Shown: positions 61,723 to 64,000 of the stretch, in pieces
Position numbering within the stretch: the stretch's first letter is position 1
Layout: each line of letters starts with the position of its first letter
NCBI GenBank assembly: GCA_965224025.1
Contig: OZ245033.1
Location: forward strand, 4,608,001 to 4,672,000
Origin: Candidatus Multivorans sp.
Lineage (GTDB): Bacteria; Acidobacteriota; Thermoanaerobaculia; Multivoradales; Multivoraceae
Direction of reading: 5' to 3'
DNA: 64,000 nt
Position numbers and translations under genes: made by a program
The notes under the pieces: generated by a model
Told to the model about the DNA's origin: nothing
Databases searched by the model: none
The model's input: only the letters and a program-made list of their open reading frames with translations

Positions 61723-63897
61723 ATGAACGACTCCAGTTTCTCAAGCCGTCTTCTCCCCACGTCAAGCCTCAGAACGGGAGCCCTGCTCTGCGCCGGCGCG
61801 CTGCTGCTCGCGGCGGCCTCGGCCGACGCCCAGCGCAACCGCCGCAACCGGCAGGCACAGGCAGAGTTCAGCGACACGACCACGGTCACCGTCGTGGAAG
61901 TTCCGGTGCAGGTGAGCCGTGCCGGTGCTCCGCTTCGCGACCTCACGGCCGCCGACTTCGAACTCCAGGACAACCGGAAGACGGTCCAGATCACCGGCTT
62001 CGACGTCGTCGATCTCTCGAAGATCGAGGGCAGGGCCACCGAGCAACCGGTGCCGGTGGCCGGGCGGCGCCACTTCCTGCTGCTGTTCGACCTCTTCTTC
62101 ACTCCGCCCGACTCCGTCGGCCGCGCGCAGCAGGCCGCCGCCGACCTCGTTCTGCGGGAACTGCACCCCACGGACCTGGTGGCCCTCGCCGTCTTCGACA
62201 CGCGGCCCCGGCTGATCCTCGGCTTCACCTCGGACCGCAGCCAGATCCGCCAGGCGATCCGCGGCCTGGGACTGGCCAAGAACGAGCCCGGGCAGGGAAT
62301 CCGCGATCCACTAGGCCTCGTGATCGGCGATCTGAGCGGTGATCTGCCGACCAGTTCCGATCTGGGAGACACCAGTGGCCGCGCCGGCATCGACGCCCAG
62401 GCCACGCTCCTCCAGACGCAGCGAGAGTTGCAGACGCTGCAGGAGGCCGCGGACCGCGGGCGCGCCGCCGGCCAGATCGACGCCCTGACGGCTGGCATGA
62501 GCGATCTCGCCAACTGGATGCGGGCCATTCAGGGGCGCAAGCACGTCGTCTTTCTGTCCGAAGGCTTCGACGATTCCATTCTGGTGGGTCAGCAGGGCGT
62601 GACGATCGAGCAGCAGGCAGAGATCCTGGACCGCCAGCAGAGGCTGGTAGACGGCAACTTCGAACAGGTGGACAACGAGGCGCTCTTCGGCAGCAGCGCC
62701 GCCCAGAGGTCGATGAACCAGATGCTCGAACGCTTCCGGGAAGCGGACTGTTCGATCCAGGCCGTGGACGTGAGCGGCCAGATCCAGACCCAAGGCCAGA
62801 GCAACCGGTCCTCCCTGCACATGATGGCGAGCGACACCGGCGGCCAGTTGTTCGCCAACTTCGGCGACCTGGGTGAGGCGATGTCCGAGATGCTGGAGCA
62901 GACCAGCGTCACCTACCTGCTCTCGTTCTACCCCACGGACCTGAAGAACGACGGCCGGTTCCGCAAACTGCGGGTACGGCTCAAGAACGCTCCCCGTGGA
63001 ACCCAGGTGGTTCACCGACTCGGCTACTACGCCCCGAAGCGCTATGAACAGACGAACCCCTTCGAGCGGGCACTGGACTCGGCGCAACGGGTGATGGGCG
63101 GCGTTGAGACGGGCCAGATCGAGACCTCCGTTCTCGCCGCCGCCTTCCCCGCCGACAGCGGCAAGGCCTACGCGCCGGTTCTGATCGAAGTCCGCGGCCA
63201 GGATCTCCTCGCGGAGCAACAGGGCGATACGGTTCCCCTCCAGATCTACGCCTACGCCCTGGACCAGCACGGCATCGTCCGTGACTTCTTCGTTCGCGCC
63301 ATGGGCCTGAACGCGGCCCAGGCCGGACCGGCGCTTCTGCAGAGCGGACTCAAGTACTGGGGGCACTTCGACCTGGATCCGGGCGAGTACTCCGTTCGCG
63401 TACTGATTCGCAACGACGCCACGGGCCGCCGGGCTCTGGCGACTTCCCTACTCACCGTCCCTGGGGACGGCCCCGCGCTGCAGCCGCCTCTCTTCCCGGA
63501 ACCGCCCCAGAAATGGGTTCTGCTCCGCGAGGAGGAATCGGAGCAGCGGCGCGATGTCGCCTTCCCGTTCCTGATGGACGGCAATTCGTTCATCCCCGCC
63601 GCAAAGCCGGTGGTCACCGCGGGCGGTGAGACGCCGATCAGCCTCGCCGGCACGAATCTCAGCGCGGGGCCTGTATCCGTACGCACACAGGTGTTCCGTC
63701 CTGACGGCCAGGCGGTGGCCGACGGCGGCGAGGTCATCCTGGCGTCCGGCGCTCAGGCCGGATCGGGGAGTTCGCAGTTGTCCGGGACTTTCGTGGCCGG
63801 GAAGAAGCTCGCCAGCGGCGACTACACTCTGGTCGTCACCGTGACCGACGGGAACAACGGCCAGCACTCGTCCTCGACATCGATTCGGGTGCTCTGA
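61723..63897 (+). CDS. VWA-domain protein, paralog of the upstream gene
   Basis: AGGAGG RBS; VPVQV...LRDLTAADF, RHFLLLFD, GRKHVVFLSEGF, DTGG, YLLSF, GLKY.GH. Confidence 0.88.
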   Translation: MNDSSFSSRLLPTSSLRTGALLCAGALLLAAASADAQRNRRNRQAQAEFSDTTTVTVVEVPVQVSRAGAPLRDLTAADFELQDNRKTVQITGFDVVDLSKIEGRATEQPVPVAGRRHFLLLFDLFFTPPDSVGRAQQAAADLVLRELHPTDLVALAVFDTRPRLILGFTSDRSQIRQAIRGLGLAKNEPGQGIRDPLGLVIGDLSGDLPTSSDLGDTSGRAGIDAQATLLQTQRELQTLQEAADRGRAAGQIDALTAGMSDLANWMRAIQGRKHVVFLSEGFDDSILVGQQGVTIEQQAEILDRQQRLVDGNFEQVDNEALFGSSAAQRSMNQMLERFREADCSIQAVDVSGQIQTQGQSNRSSLHMMASDTGGQLFANFGDLGEAMSEMLEQTSVTYLLSFYPTDLKNDGRFRKLRVRLKNAPRGTQVVHRLGYYAPKRYEQTNPFERALDSAQRVMGGVETGQIETSVLAAAFPADSGKAYAPVLIEVRGQDLLAEQQGDTVPLQIYAYALDQHGIVRDFFVRAMGLNAAQAGPALLQSGLKYWGHFDLDPGEYSVRVLIRNDATGRRALATSLLTVPGDGPALQPPLFPEPPQKWVLLREEESEQRRDVAFPFLMDGNSFIPAAKPVVTAGGETPISLAGTNLSAGPVSVRTQVFRPDGQAVADGGEVILASGAQAGSGSSQLSGTFVAGKKLASGDYTLVVTVTDGNNGQHSSSTSIRVL

Positions 63898-63910
63898 CAC
63901 CCGGGTGGGG

Positions 63911-63933
63911 GTGGGGGCCATCGCGGCCCCCAC
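63911..63933. terminator. GC-rich hairpin between convergent genes
   Basis: gtgggggcc-atcgc-ggcccccac, 13 nt after the VWA stop. Confidence 0.45.
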
Positions 63934-63964
63934 TTCGCCCGCGCCCGGCTCGGGCTAGCCGAGC

Positions 63965-64000
63965 CTACTGAGCGCAGGCGAACGCCGTGATGTCGCTCTT
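63965..64000 (-). CDS. 3' end of a gene entering from beyond the window
   Basis: Minus strand reads ...KSDITAFACAQ* with host-like codons; only 12 codons are visible. Confidence 0.35.
   Translation of the reverse strand, partial: KSDITAFACAQ

Overview
GC-rich bacterial window. The tandem VWA proteins, carboxypeptidase-regulatory-domain TonB receptor, CRTAC1/ASPIC-UnbV plus TPR pairs and TPR-sulfatase suggest Acidobacteriota (inference). Housekeeping and metabolic genes (leuS, rpmE2, feoB, pntAA/AB/B, pfkA, eno, glycerate kinase, Arg decarboxylase-like, PQQ dehydrogenase) are interleaved with two accessory blocks. Block 1 (0.7-10.4 kb) is a five-gene minus-strand cluster with a DISARM-like DrmA/DrmB core but no methylase, DrmC, DrmD or DrmE. 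It instead carries a NERD-SF1 helicase, a second small SF1 helicase and a 534-aa protein with a possible degenerate DarT/ART-like N-terminus, and is the best candidate for an undescribed defence system. Block 2 (22.3-29.7 kb) is an islet with an HNH nuclease gene split by a complete ISL3 element (8-bp TSD) and coupled to a minimal nucleotidyltransferase, plus an m4C type II R-M pair. Also seen: a membrane-anchored DtxR-FeoA-FeoA regulator with a palindromic operator, a sigma-54 promoter for the TonB receptor, a 41-bp REP-like repeat at two convergent junctions, and several heavily deleted gene remnants. No tRNA, rRNA or CRISPR array was recognised. All family calls come from motif recognition by eye, not database searches.
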